Part shown: positions 1 through 10,531 of the stretch, in pieces
Numbering within the stretch: position 1 is the first letter of the stretch
How the letters are laid out: the number at the start of each line of letters is the position of its first letter
Source of the DNA: Deltaproteobacteria bacterium
GTDB lineage: Bacteria > Myxococcota_A > Polyangia > Fen-1088
DNA length: 64,000 bases
Reading direction: 5' to 3'
Assembly: GCA_033763315.1 (NCBI GenBank)
Contig: JANRKS010000034.1
Coordinates: forward strand, 32,001 to 96,000
The notes under the pieces: model-generated
What the model was told of the DNA's origin: nothing
Seen by the model: the letters and a program-made list of their open reading frames with translations, nothing else
The model's database searches: none
Position numbers and translations under genes: made by a program

Positions 1-1023
1 CCTGCAGATGATCCTGCCCTACGGTACGTGGGGAGGATCGCCCTTTTCAACCCGAAGGAGCCCTGGATCATCTATTCAGGAAGCTACGTTCAAACGAAGT
101 TCGAAGGAACTTCGCTTTCGGTGACGGTGGTTGAACAGGAGTCAAATCCAGATCGGCAGAGCTGGGCTGGGTTCATCATCGACGGCAAGCTGGAGAAGGT
201 GATCAACTTCAAGAAGACGGGTCAATCGGACACGATTGAAGTAGCCAAGGGCCTTACTGACAAGGAGCACACGCTCGTCGTGGTTAAGCGGACCGAGTTT
301 GGAGTTTTCCGATTTCTGGGTGTGACTTTGGATGCCGGAAAGCGTTTGTTGAGTCCTGGGGCCCGCTCTGCTCGCCGGATTGAATGCTTTGGAGACTCCG
401 TTACAGCGGGTACCCACGTCGAAGGCTCTGTGGGAGTGACCGATCCCAAGACCCCAGATAAGCACAACGGCTACTACTCGTGGTGTTCGATTCTCGGTCG
501 AAGCATGGGGGCGGAAGCCAACGTCCTCGGGATTCCAGGAGAAGCGCTCTACAAGGGATGGGGGGCCGGCGCTCAGCTGTTTCCCGCGAGGTGGCAAAAG
601 CTGATTCCCTACGATTGGGCTCCCGATTCGATGTGGAATTTCGCGTCGTTTGAACCACAGGTCGTAGTCGTGGCGATGGGGCAAAACGATTACTACACGA
701 CTCAGAACTTCACAGGTAACGGCGACAAAGAAAACTTCAAAGCTGCATTCTCGAAACTACTCCCCCAGATGCGGATGAAGTACCCCAACGCCCACATTAT
801 CTTGATGCCAACGTGTATGGGGCGTGACACTGCGATGCTTGATGACCTAACGAAAGCGGCTATCGCTGATTACAAGATCGCTAACGCCAGTGATGCGAAG
901 GTGCACTTCTTTGCTCCAAGCAATTCTGGAACGGTTTTTCCTGATCATCCACGGGTTGTTCATCAGGAAAAAATGGCAGCTGATCTGGAAGCTTTCATCA
1001 AAACCCTGAGCCTGGCTTGGTAG
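1..1023 (+). CDS. SGNH/GDSL hydrolase, CE2-like carbohydrate esterase (5'-partial)
   Basis: Frame open from base 1 (PADDPALRYVGR..). Beta-rich N-domain, then GDSVTAG, MGQND and C-terminal DHP motifs typical of CE2-type esterases. Confidence 0.8.
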   Translation, partial: PADDPALRYVGRIALFNPKEPWIIYSGSYVQTKFEGTSLSVTVVEQESNPDRQSWAGFIIDGKLEKVINFKKTGQSDTIEVAKGLTDKEHTLVVVKRTEFGVFRFLGVTLDAGKRLLSPGARSARRIECFGDSVTAGTHVEGSVGVTDPKTPDKHNGYYSWCSILGRSMGAEANVLGIPGEALYKGWGAGAQLFPARWQKLIPYDWAPDSMWNFASFEPQVVVVAMGQNDYYTTQNFTGNGDKENFKAAFSKLLPQMRMKYPNAHIILMPTCMGRDTAMLDDLTKAAIADYKIANASDAKVHFFAPSNSGTVFPDHPRVVHQEKMAADLEAFIKTLSLAW

Positions 1024-1091
1024 GCAGACTGGGTTATTTGCACCTGCATCGACGACCTTGTCGTGAAGACGTAGCGGAATCCGCGCTCCAC

Positions 1092-1133
1092 AAGAGCCAA
1101 GCGGAGTCTTCTCGGACTCCGCTTGGCTCTTTT
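1092..1133. terminator. Intrinsic terminator between convergent genes
   Basis: Perfect 17-bp stem AAGAGCCAAGCGGAGTC / GACTCCGCTTGGCTCTT, 6-nt loop, short T-run on +. Confidence 0.75.
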
Positions 1134-1195
1134 CCATTCGCGGGATACGCGTCAAAGCTTTCCGAGCTTGAACACTTCGGGCTTCTCCCAAAGGC

Positions 1196-1945
1196 TCAAG
1201 GCGCTTCGGGAAGTATTCCGCAGAGCCCAGCTTTCGGCTCCGCAGCGGCCGCGCACTTGCCTTCGACATCAGAGGTCGTCGCCTTCTTGCAATTCTCTGA
1301 CTTGCACTGTCCTGAGTCCTTGCAAGTGGCATCGATCTCGAGTTTTGCTGCACATTGCATCTTGGTTGCACCAGCTGGCGTTCCACAGAAGCCTTCTTTG
1401 CAGTCAGCACCGATGGTGCATTCACTTCCGTTTGCGACCGTGCCTGTTATGTAGATACACGACGCGCGAACCGAATCGATATCAGCGGCCTTTGCGTCAC
1501 ACGCCGCCGCCTTCAGATCCTCAATACACTTGGCGAGTTTCTTTCCGTCGTAGTTGACTCTGCCCGCAGTGACGGACGCCTTAAGCCCGCTCAATCCAGC
1601 TGTGTACCTCGCCGAGACTTTGGCCGCGCACTTGTCGACGTTTATCGAACAACACTTCATCATCTGCTCGCATTGCGCGGTTGCGAGCGCCAAGGGGTAG
1701 TTGGCAATCGCAATCTCTGAACCGCTGCTGCCCCCGCCTGAAGCCCCCCCCGTTCCGCCGTTTGAGCTGGAGCCGCCTGAAGCCATGCCGGCACCGCCGC
1801 CTTTCCCCCCACTGGCGCTGCCACCACTGCCACCACCGCCATCGCCTCCCGCTTCATCACTGCCGCTGCTCGAATCCTTGGAGCACGCCGTCGCGGCTGT
1901 CATCCACGCGCACATGAAAATCACGGACATCCAGTTGAATTTCAT
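1196..1945 (-). CDS. Cys-rich lipoprotein with Gly/Ser linker
   Basis: Signal peptide with lipobox (ATAC), Gly-rich linker, multi-Cys C-terminal domain. SD-like GGAAGG upstream. Confidence 0.75.
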   Translation of the reverse strand: MKFNWMSVIFMCAWMTAATACSKDSSSGSDEAGGDGGGGSGGSASGGKGGGAGMASGGSSSNGGTGGASGGGSSGSEIAIANYPLALATAQCEQMMKCCSINVDKCAAKVSARYTAGLSGLKASVTAGRVNYDGKKLAKCIEDLKAAACDAKAADIDSVRASCIYITGTVANGSECTIGADCKEGFCGTPAGATKMQCAAKLEIDATCKDSGQCKSENCKKATTSDVEGKCAAAAEPKAGLCGILPEAP

Positions 1946-2090
1946 CACTTGCCTTCCTTCCACTTAACGACGTTCGCGGAGCACCGCGACATTGTCCTGA
2001 GACGGCACATTACTCCCGGTCGGTCACGCCAATCAAGTTGCCGAATGGCTGAGTGCCCGGCCGTCCGTAAGGGCTCATTAATCTACCCCT

Positions 2091-3881
2091 TCACGTTTGC
2101 AGTGTGGGTTGTGCCAACTCGCTAAAAACGCCATGGCTTGCCGCCAATGTGGCGAAGGTGCCCCGTTCAACAATCTGCCCGCGCGCGACCACCAACACTT
2201 GGTCTGCGTGGCGAACGGTGGACAGGCGGTGGGCCACGACGAAGCTTGTGCGGCCCCGCAACAAATTGCGCAGCGCCGCTTGAATGCGCGCCTCCGTGAT
2301 TGTGTCGATGGCGCTTGTGGCTTCGTCCAGAAGCAATATGCGCGGATCCGCCAACATGGCGCGAGCGAAACACACGATCTGGCGTTGTCCCAGGGAGAGG
2401 CTTGCGCCCCGTTCGCCCACGGGCGTGGCAAAACCTTGCGGCAGGGCTTCGATCAGATCCTTTACGCCCAGGGCCTCTGCGGCGGCGATCACCTCTTCGT
2501 CGGATGCGGAAGGTTTGCCGTAACGAATGTTTTCAAGCACCGTGCCGGTCCATAAAAAGTTGGCTTGCTGCACGAGCCCCATTTGCCGCCGCAGCGATTC
2601 TCGTGTGACACCGGCGAGATCTTGATCATCCACAAACACGTGGCCGCTCGTCGGCAAATACAGCTTCGCTATCAAGGCGAGGATTGTGCTTTTGCCGCCG
2701 CCCGTTTGGCCCACGATCGCCACCGTTTGCCCTGGCTCCGCCACAAACGAAACGTCCGACAATACCGGCACATGGCTTTCGTAGCCGAAGCTTACGTGGC
2801 GCAACTCAACCCTTCCCGCGGCCACCTGCAACAGCTTTGCGTCAGCTGCATCATCCCACTCGCGTGGCGTGTCCAGCAGACGGAACACACGTTCGGCGCC
2901 CGCCATCGCAGCGAGGGCCTGATTGTATTGGGTGGCCAAGACCGGTATCGGATTGAAGAAGATTCCCGCCAAGAAGAAAAAGTGAACCAAAGGCCCCAAG
3001 TCGGTGTGCCCCGTCAAAGCGCGGTAACCGCCCACCACGACCAGCAAGGCCAAGAACATTTGCCCGTTCAGTTCCGCCAGTGGCCCGAACACCGCGTTTT
3101 GTTCCGCGACCTGCAGATTGAAGCGGGCGTGATCATGAATGAGCTCGCGAAACGCGTCTTGTGCGGCCTTTTCACGGCCAAAGCCTTGAATGGCACGCAC
3201 GCCGCTGACCGTCTCGGCCAAGGTGGCCGTCACGCGTGAGAAGCTTTCGTGCATGGCTGTGTGTGCTTCGAATAAGCGCCCATGAAAGTATCGAATGAGT
3301 AACCACAACACAGGCACCAACACGAAGACCACGCCGAAGAGCACGGGATCTTGCCACAGCATCAATGCGGCGGCGGTGAGCATCGATCCAAGTTGCACCA
3401 CACCCACGAACACCGCGTCCTGGATGCCAAGCCGGATCGTCTCTACATCCGAAGTGGCGCGAGACAGCAACCGCCCCAGCGGCATGCGCGAGAAAAAGCT
3501 CATCGGCATCGACAAGATGTGGTGATGCACTTGCCGCCGCAGATCCTGAACAATGTCTTCACCCAGCTCAAGGGCGTGGCGCAGGCGCGCGGAAAAAACG
3601 ATCTCGGTGAACAACAGCAATCCCGCAAAGCCCGCGACGCCCCATGCTGTGCCTTTGGCGTCGTGGCGTGCGATGGGGCCAGACAAGATCTTTCCCACAG
3701 ACCACGCCAAAAGCGGCAGCTGCAGCGCACGCAGGAGCGTCAACACAAACAAGACATTGCGGCGACGCGCGTACGGTCGCGTGAGCCCCCACACCCGCCC
3801 GAGCAGCGCCGCATTCATCGGCAGCCGCGGCGCTTCACGGGTTTCCCGCGGCCGAACGATGCGGAACGGTCGTCGTGTCAT
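2091..3881 (-). CDS. ABC exporter, fused TMD-NBD subunit
   Basis: TM helices, Walker A GQTGGGKS, signature LSLGQRQ, Walker B LLLDEAT, H-loop AHRL. Confidence 0.92.
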   Translation of the reverse strand: MTRRPFRIVRPRETREAPRLPMNAALLGRVWGLTRPYARRRNVLFVLTLLRALQLPLLAWSVGKILSGPIARHDAKGTAWGVAGFAGLLLFTEIVFSARLRHALELGEDIVQDLRRQVHHHILSMPMSFFSRMPLGRLLSRATSDVETIRLGIQDAVFVGVVQLGSMLTAAALMLWQDPVLFGVVFVLVPVLWLLIRYFHGRLFEAHTAMHESFSRVTATLAETVSGVRAIQGFGREKAAQDAFRELIHDHARFNLQVAEQNAVFGPLAELNGQMFLALLVVVGGYRALTGHTDLGPLVHFFFLAGIFFNPIPVLATQYNQALAAMAGAERVFRLLDTPREWDDAADAKLLQVAAGRVELRHVSFGYESHVPVLSDVSFVAEPGQTVAIVGQTGGGKSTILALIAKLYLPTSGHVFVDDQDLAGVTRESLRRQMGLVQQANFLWTGTVLENIRYGKPSASDEEVIAAAEALGVKDLIEALPQGFATPVGERGASLSLGQRQIVCFARAMLADPRILLLDEATSAIDTITEARIQAALRNLLRGRTSFVVAHRLSTVRHADQVLVVARGQIVERGTFATLAASHGVFSELAQPTLQT

Positions 3882-5734
3882 GCGGGTACCCGCACCAGCG
3901 GCCCTGGGGCAGATGGCGTCGTCTTGTGCGCGCGTGCGGCGCGTGCGTAGGCACCCTGGCTTTGCATGAGCGTGGCGTGCGTGCCCCGTTCAACGATCTG
4001 TCCGCGTTCGAGCACCACGATCTCGTCGGCGATCTGACACAGGGGCAAACGATGTGTGGCGACGATGGTGGTGCGGCCTTGCTTGGCGCGGTGAAGTGCC
4101 GCGATGACCTCGGCCTCCGTGGTGTTGTCCAATGCGGCCGTCGGATCGTCCAAAAGCAATATGGCTGGATCGGGAAGCAGCGCGCGCGCCAAAGCCAATC
4201 GTTGTCGCTCCCCTCCCGATAGGTTGCGGCCGCCTTCTTCAAGGTACGCTTCATAGGCGCCAGGCAGGCGCGACACGAAGCCATGAGCGGCCGCGAGTGT
4301 GGCCGCCGCTTCGATGTCGGCTTGCGACGCTGCGGGTGAGCCAAACGCGATGTTGTCAGCCACCGTGGTGCTAAAGAGGACGCTTTCTTGAAACATAAAT
4401 CCGATGCGCTCGCGCAAGTAAACCAGGTCAAAGTCTCTGACGTCCGTGCCGCTGATCAAAACCTGGCCCTGGGTCACGTCGTAAAAACGCGGCAGCAACG
4501 ACAAAAGCGTGCTTTTGCCGCTGCCGGTGGCGCCGAATAACACCACGGTTGTGCCGGTCGCGACCACCAGATTGATGCCGCGCAAAGCCTCCCCGGCGGG
4601 GCCATAGCCGAAGGACACGTCTCGCAATTCGATTTGCGGCGAAAATGGTGCGGGCCTCGCGCCTTGGGTTGGTGCCCGCACACCCACGGGTGCGTCAAGG
4701 ATTTCAAACACGCGCCGCGCGCTGATCAGGCTTTGTTGCAGCGAGTTCACGATGTTCGAAACGTTGGCCACGGAGGCCGCGTACTGTTGCAACAGCCCTG
4801 CAAAAACGATGGCGTCACCCAGCGACACTTGGTTGGTCATCACCAAGTGACCACCGTACGCAAGCAACACCACCAAGTTCAGGTGTGAAAGAAAATCGGT
4901 GGTGGGCGCGAAGATGGCCACCGCTTTGAACAAGCTTTGTTGCTGCGAACGCAGTTCCTGGTTTCGATCCTCGAACACCTTCTTCCGCTCAGACTCGCGC
5001 GCAAAGCCCTTGACCACAGCAATGCCTTGCACGCTTTCGGCGATCACGGTGACCACGCGGTCCAATAAGTCGCGTGAACGTTCGTAAGCGGGACGCGCGC
5101 GGCTCGAAAACCGCAGCGACGTCAAGGCCACAAGCGGCGCCGACGCCACACACGCAAACGTTAAGCCCCAGTGCTTCTTGGCCATATACACCACGGATAG
5201 CGCCAGCCCCAACGTGAGCGCGAGCCCTTGCAGCAGCACCTGATCCACGAACGCCCGCACGTTTTGAACGTCGCCCGTGACGCGGTTGATGATGGCGCCT
5301 GAGGCGGTGGCATCGAAGAAGCGAAAGCTCATGCGTTGAAGCTTTGCGTAGACCGCCTCGCGCAGAGCGGGCACAATTTTCACTTGCACCAGATGGCCCG
5401 TGGTGATGCCGTAAACAAACGACAACACCGCTCGCAACAGCGCCAGGCCCAGGACTACTAGTCCGGCTGTAAGAACCAAGCGCATGCTCGACCAGTGCAT
5501 CGGCACGTGCAGACCAAAAGGCCATCGCGGCGCCGGTGCGTTTGCGTCAAGCGCGTGTCGAATCACATCGATGGCCAACCCCGAGACGCCTAAGCCCGCG
5601 ATCGACAAACCAACAAGCAGCGCCTGAATGAGGAGGGCACCAATACAATCAAGTTTGTATTGCCACGCCAATGCTAAGAGGCGCGGCACCACCGAAGTCG
5701 TGGAAGCGGGCGGGCTGCCGTCAGGTTCGCTCAT
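3878..5734 (-). CDS. ABC exporter, fused TMD-NBD subunit (heterodimer partner)
   Basis: Walker A GATGSGKS, LSGGERQ, Walker B LLLDDPT with D at the catalytic E position, as in heterodimeric exporters. 4-bp overlap with partner gene. Confidence 0.92.
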   Translation of the reverse strand: MSEPDGSPPASTTSVVPRLLALAWQYKLDCIGALLIQALLVGLSIAGLGVSGLAIDVIRHALDANAPAPRWPFGLHVPMHWSSMRLVLTAGLVVLGLALLRAVLSFVYGITTGHLVQVKIVPALREAVYAKLQRMSFRFFDATASGAIINRVTGDVQNVRAFVDQVLLQGLALTLGLALSVVYMAKKHWGLTFACVASAPLVALTSLRFSSRARPAYERSRDLLDRVVTVIAESVQGIAVVKGFARESERKKVFEDRNQELRSQQQSLFKAVAIFAPTTDFLSHLNLVVLLAYGGHLVMTNQVSLGDAIVFAGLLQQYAASVANVSNIVNSLQQSLISARRVFEILDAPVGVRAPTQGARPAPFSPQIELRDVSFGYGPAGEALRGINLVVATGTTVVLFGATGSGKSTLLSLLPRFYDVTQGQVLISGTDVRDFDLVYLRERIGFMFQESVLFSTTVADNIAFGSPAASQADIEAAATLAAAHGFVSRLPGAYEAYLEEGGRNLSGGERQRLALARALLPDPAILLLDDPTAALDNTTEAEVIAALHRAKQGRTTIVATHRLPLCQIADEIVVLERGQIVERGTHATLMQSQGAYARAARAHKTTPSAPGPLVRVPA

Positions 5735-5917
5735 CGGTAGGGCAAAGCTATTCCATGACTGCGGCTTGGGCCAGCTTTGCCCCATGACCTTTATGATAAG
5801 TCATCCAGCCTAGAGTATAAGCAGTGTCAACCCCAAACGTGTCGCAGGCCACTTCGGCGCGCGGCTTAACGTTGTTTCCGTGCCGCGCGGGCATGCGATT
5901 GGCATAGACTTGCCGCC

Positions 5918-7273
5918 ATGGACGATTCGAAGCGAACGAACCCTGCTCCGCCCGCGGATGACGACGTCACTGTGAGCCGCCGTCGCTTGTTTTCCGGCGC
6001 CGCCTTGGCGTCCGCCGGCATCATGGCCGGTTGTGCGGTGACCAAATCGTCCACGCCGCCAGCCACCGCGGCGCAACCGCCATCACCCAAAGAGCCCGTG
6101 GCCAACGGGATACCGGGCCCTTTCGCCGGACGGGTGATTGAGGTCCATCACGATGGCTCGGTGGCCAACGGCGCGATCGTGCAAGCCGCCGTGGGGCCGA
6201 TGCTTCGCAAAGCCATGGGCGATCTTGCGTCCGCCGATGCCGTCACGGCGTGGAAACGGTTCTTCTCGCCGGGCGATCGCGTGGGGCTCAAAGTGAACTG
6301 CGTGGGGCATCCCGTCAGCGACCCCAAAAAGCACGCCGTTTACACCAGCCATGAGCTCATTCGTGAAGTCGTGGCGGCTTTGCGAGCCATTGGCGTGAAC
6401 GACATCTTGTTGTTCGATCGCTACCGCATGGAATTTCAGATTGCCCAATACCCTGAGGTTGCCAAGGAGCTTGGCATTCCGTGGGATGTCTCGGCCATCT
6501 CGTGGGACGAATCGCAGATCGATATGGAAGGGTATTCCAAAGGCGATCCAAGTGCGGAGTCACGCAACCAGGCGGCGCGCGCCGACGGCAGCCCTCGCGT
6601 GAGTGGGTACGATCCTGAGCACTTTGTGCATGTGGATTTTGTACACCCCGTTCACAACCCCACCGACCCACGCACGCGGCGTTCGCACCTGTCGAACATC
6701 GTGACCAAGAAGGTCGATAAGATCATAAACCTCTGCTTGGTCAAAGATCACGCGGCGGCGGGCGTGACGGGTGCCCTGAAAAACTTGTCGCACGGGTTGG
6801 TTGACAACGTGTGCCGCAGCCACAGCCGCAGCCAGCTCAACCAAACGGCCACGTTCATTCCAGCGGTTCTTTCCCACCCGATGATTCGCCAAAAGTGTGT
6901 GCTCAACATCATGGAAGGCTTTCGGGGCCTTTATAACGGTGGCCCGTGGGCCAGCCCTTACTTGTTCACGCCGAAGTCGCTCCTTGTGTCCACCGATCCC
7001 GTGGCCATGGATCGCGTGGCGATCGCGATCATTGACGCGCGCCGCGCCGAGGAGGGGTTGCCGCCATTGCTCAAATCGGGGGCGGCCGCCGCGCACGGCG
7101 AAGGCGAGGGGCACCTGTTTCGCGGCACAACCCACGTTGAATTGGCCGGCGCCGCGGGTTTGGGCGTCTATCACACCAGCGCCGAAGAGCTACGCCGTTG
7201 GTTGGGGCACGACCCGGTGAAGTTGGGCCGGGATCCTCGCGTGATCGAACACGTTCGTTCCGAGCTAACGTAA
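5918..7273 (+). CDS. Tat-exported DUF362-family protein
   Basis: Twin-arginine signal SRRRLF followed by AGC. GDRVGLKVN, KDH..AGVTGALKN and STDPVAMD motifs. Confidence 0.8.
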   Translation: MDDSKRTNPAPPADDDVTVSRRRLFSGAALASAGIMAGCAVTKSSTPPATAAQPPSPKEPVANGIPGPFAGRVIEVHHDGSVANGAIVQAAVGPMLRKAMGDLASADAVTAWKRFFSPGDRVGLKVNCVGHPVSDPKKHAVYTSHELIREVVAALRAIGVNDILLFDRYRMEFQIAQYPEVAKELGIPWDVSAISWDESQIDMEGYSKGDPSAESRNQAARADGSPRVSGYDPEHFVHVDFVHPVHNPTDPRTRRSHLSNIVTKKVDKIINLCLVKDHAAAGVTGALKNLSHGLVDNVCRSHSRSQLNQTATFIPAVLSHPMIRQKCVLNIMEGFRGLYNGGPWASPYLFTPKSLLVSTDPVAMDRVAIAIIDARRAEEGLPPLLKSGAAAAHGEGEGHLFRGTTHVELAGAAGLGVYHTSAEELRRWLGHDPVKLGRDPRVIEHVRSELT

Positions 7274-7291
7274 TCTGGTAAATAGCGGCCC

Positions 7292-9115
7292 GTGGCTTTG
7301 CTTCTGTCCGCCCAATCGTTGGGTCACGCCTTTGCGGCGCGTCCTTTGTTCCAAAACGTCAGCTTTACGGTAGCCGATGGTGATCGCGTGGGTCTTATTG
7401 GCCCCAACGGCGCGGGCAAGTCTACGTTGTTGAAGATTTTGGCGGGCGAGCTTGGTCCCGATGAGGGCGAAGTGGCCAAACGGGGTGGCTTGCGTGTGAC
7501 GTATTTGGCGCAAACGCCTGCATTTGCACCAGGGGCCACCGTGCGCCAAGCCGTGTCCGAAGGCGCGCCCGCAGGCGGCGGCTATGAATGGGAAATCGAT
7601 GCGCGTGTGGACGAGCTCATCGCCAAACTGAACTTGTCGCAAGACGGAATCGGCCCGGACGCCGAGGTGTCGCGTCTTTCCGGTGGTTGGCAAAAGCGCG
7701 TGGCACTGGCACGCGCGTTGGCGGGCGAGCCTGAGCTCTTGCTGTTGGACGAGCCCACCAACCATTTGGACGTGGAAAGCATCCTGTGGCTGGAAAACCT
7801 GCTTACGCAGGCGCGTTTTGCGACGATCACAATCACACACGACCGGGCATTCTTACAAAAGGCCGCCAACCGCATCCTAGAGCTCGATCGCCGCAACGCG
7901 GGCGGCCTGTTAGATGTGGCGGGCGACTACGCCACGTACCTTGAACGCAAGGCCGAAGCGATGGCGGCGCAAGAGCGCCGCGAGGACACGCTGCGGAACA
8001 CGTTGCGCCGCGAAACGGAATGGTTGCGTCGTGGCCCACCGGCCCGCACGACGAAACAAGAGGCGCGCATTCAACGTGCAGGAGCGTTGGCCGAAGAGGT
8101 GGGCGAGCTAGCGACGCGCAACCAGCAAAAGGGCGTGTCCCTCGATTTTCAAGGCGTGGGCCGCAAACCCAAGCGCCTGATCGAAGCACAGGCCATCGGC
8201 AAATCCTATGGCGGCCGCAGCGTGTTCGACAACATCAGCCTGTTCATCGGCCCGGGCAGCCGCGTGGCACTGCTAGGCCCCAATGGTTGCGGCAAATCAA
8301 CTTTGTTGCGTGTGTTGGTGAGTCACGAGAACCCCGACAAGGGTCAAGTCTTGCGCGCCGAATCGCTCTCGGTCGCCTGGTTCGAGCAAGATCGTGGCTC
8401 GCTCGATCCCGACCAAACGCTGGCCGACGCGATTTGCCCGATTGGTGATCACGTTGATTTTCGTGGCGCCCGCTTGCACCGTTATGGCTACCTCGAACGA
8501 TTCTTGTTTCGTCCCGAGCAGATGAACCTGGCCGTGGGCAAGCTGTCAGGTGGCGAACAAAGCCGTCTGTTGGTGGCGCGCTTGATGTTAAAGCCCGCCA
8601 GCATCCTGGTACTGGATGAACCCACGAATGATCTGGATCTCGCCACACTCGATGTCTTGCAAGACGCTTTGACAAGCTTCAATGGAGCCGTGCTTCTCGT
8701 AACGCACGATCGGTTCTTCTTGGACCAAGTGGCCACGCAGATCTTGGCGTTTCACACGCACCCCGACGAACACGGCCGCATCACCTCGTTTGCGGATCTG
8801 AACCAATGGCAGGCCTGGCATCCATCTCAGTTGGTGCAGCGATCTTCGAAGGCAGAGCCCAAGGCCACCGTCGAGACGAAGCGCAAGAAACTCAGCTATA
8901 AAGACCAACGCGAATGGGACAGCATCGAAGCACGCATCGAGACTGCCGAAGCCGCGGTCAAAGCGTTGGAAGAAGAATGCTTGCGCCCCGACGTTTCGGT
9001 AAACGCCGCCCGCTTGCTTGAGCTTCACGCGGAGATCGACAAAACGCGCACCAAGGTGGAGGGCCTTTATGCGCGGTGGTCGGAGCTTGAGGCGATGATC
9101 AAAGGTGACGCCTGA
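7292..9115 (+). CDS. ABC-F family ATPase (Uup-like)
   Basis: Two NBDs (GPNGAGKS, GPNGCGKS; DEPTNHLD, DEPTNDLD), no TM segments, KKLSYKDQRE C-terminal coiled coil. Confidence 0.92.
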   Translation: MALLLSAQSLGHAFAARPLFQNVSFTVADGDRVGLIGPNGAGKSTLLKILAGELGPDEGEVAKRGGLRVTYLAQTPAFAPGATVRQAVSEGAPAGGGYEWEIDARVDELIAKLNLSQDGIGPDAEVSRLSGGWQKRVALARALAGEPELLLLDEPTNHLDVESILWLENLLTQARFATITITHDRAFLQKAANRILELDRRNAGGLLDVAGDYATYLERKAEAMAAQERREDTLRNTLRRETEWLRRGPPARTTKQEARIQRAGALAEEVGELATRNQQKGVSLDFQGVGRKPKRLIEAQAIGKSYGGRSVFDNISLFIGPGSRVALLGPNGCGKSTLLRVLVSHENPDKGQVLRAESLSVAWFEQDRGSLDPDQTLADAICPIGDHVDFRGARLHRYGYLERFLFRPEQMNLAVGKLSGGEQSRLLVARLMLKPASILVLDEPTNDLDLATLDVLQDALTSFNGAVLLVTHDRFFLDQVATQILAFHTHPDEHGRITSFADLNQWQAWHPSQLVQRSSKAEPKATVETKRKKLSYKDQREWDSIEARIETAEAAVKALEEECLRPDVSVNAARLLELHAEIDKTRTKVEGLYARWSELEAMIKGDA

Positions 9116-9118
9116 GCT

Positions 9119-10474
9119 TCACTTTAGCTGAACCTCGAACACCGTATCGATCGGATCAGGCATCGCAAAGGTGTGATGCACAGGTTTGGCGACGTTCATG
9201 AACACGTCCTGGCCGCTGTCTTGGCCAAACTTGTTGGTTCCTAAGTAGGCCTCCGCACGATCGGACACCAGGCGTGCATTCACGATCCTGTTTCGCACCC
9301 CGGGCAGCAAGATGTAGCTGATCGGTGGATCCGTTACGTGAACGTAAAGTGACTTTCCCTTTTGTGTGAAGCGCCCATATTCAGGCTTGGGCAGCGCCGC
9401 CGCTCCTGCGCCATAGACGCTCTCCCCGTTGACCTGCAGCCATCGGCCCACCTCATTCAACACGCGAACTGAATCTTCGGGAATGCGCCCGCGGCCATCG
9501 GGGCCCACGTTCAGCAGCAGGTTGCCCCCTTTGCTCACAGCATTCACGAGCGCTCCCACGATCTGCTTGCTGGTCTTCCATTGCTTATCGTTGCGGTTAA
9601 ATCCCCAGCTGTTGTTTAACGTTAAACACGTTTCCCAGGGCAGCAGGCGACCCTCCGCGTCGGTGGGAGCCACCTCAGGAATGCCCTGCTCGGGCGTCAC
9701 GAAGTCGCCGGTGCTCATGCCGTGGGACACGCCGTCCCCGCCCAACCGGTTGTTCAATATCGCTGTGGGTTGTGCCTGGCGCACCACCTTAAGCAGCTCT
9801 TTGGCTCGCCACGCTTCGCCCGTGAGTTTGTCGTAAGAGAAGTCAAACCACAGCACATCCAACTTGCCATAGTTGTGAACAATCTCTGAGATCTGGCCGT
9901 GCATGTACTTGAGGTAGCGATCAAAGTCGTGGCGCTTGTCTTTCCACGCCATGTTGTCGCGTTCGGGGTGGTGATGGTCGCCAAAGTGTGGGTAATCCTC
10001 GTGATGCCAATCAAGCAAAGAATAATACAGACCCACCTTGAGCCCTTCGGCGCGGAAGGCGTCAACGAACTCGCGTACCAGATCGCGCTTTGAGGCCGTT
10101 GCCGTCGACTTGTACGTCGTAAGCTTGCTGTCGAACAAACAAAACCCGTCGTGGTGTTTCGCGGTCATGACGGCGTATTTCATGCCCGCGGCCTTCGCGA
10201 GCTTGGCCAACGCCCGCGCGTCGAAATCCACTGGGTTGAAGCTTTGAGCGAATGGCTCGTAAGCCTCCACCGAAATCTTCTCAACGCTACGCACCCATTC
10301 GCCGCGGCCCAGGGTTGAATACACGCCAAAGTGGATGAACATGCCGAACCGCGCGTCCTGCCACCAAGCCAGATTGTTGGCGGGGCGAGAAGGCGCCGTT
10401 TTCACGGCTGGTGCGGCAACCGCCGTGGTGCAGAACAGTAAGGTCAGCCCTATGACACGCTGCAAAGTCGACAT
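9119..10474 (-). CDS. Secreted alpha-L-fucosidase (GH29)
   Basis: WWQDARFGMFIHFGVYS, TAKHHDGFCLFDS, LWFD and GGNLLLNVGP motifs; signal peptide. Confidence 0.93.
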   Translation of the reverse strand: MSTLQRVIGLTLLFCTTAVAAPAVKTAPSRPANNLAWWQDARFGMFIHFGVYSTLGRGEWVRSVEKISVEAYEPFAQSFNPVDFDARALAKLAKAAGMKYAVMTAKHHDGFCLFDSKLTTYKSTATASKRDLVREFVDAFRAEGLKVGLYYSLLDWHHEDYPHFGDHHHPERDNMAWKDKRHDFDRYLKYMHGQISEIVHNYGKLDVLWFDFSYDKLTGEAWRAKELLKVVRQAQPTAILNNRLGGDGVSHGMSTGDFVTPEQGIPEVAPTDAEGRLLPWETCLTLNNSWGFNRNDKQWKTSKQIVGALVNAVSKGGNLLLNVGPDGRGRIPEDSVRVLNEVGRWLQVNGESVYGAGAAALPKPEYGRFTQKGKSLYVHVTDPPISYILLPGVRNRIVNARLVSDRAEAYLGTNKFGQDSGQDVFMNVAKPVHHTFAMPDPIDTVFEVQLK

Positions 10475-10531
10475 TGTATAGGACTATAATACCTGCCCGC
10501 GTTCCGGGCACGCAAAAACCCACCACCGGGG

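Noticed and set aside
1092-1131. Shared GAGCCAAGCG with the hairpin near 58535 as a REP family
   Set aside because: Only about 10 bp shared in two copies; both are explained as terminators between convergent genes.
1140-1198. TGA read-through (Sec) or frameshift at the end of the Cys-rich lipoprotein
   Set aside because: Downstream sequence does not continue the Cys pattern, and a terminator follows.
5889-5914. Sigma-54-like motifs before the DUF362 gene
   Set aside because: The best-looking TGGCATAGACTTGC has GG-N9-GC spacing, and the N10 alternative is a weak match.
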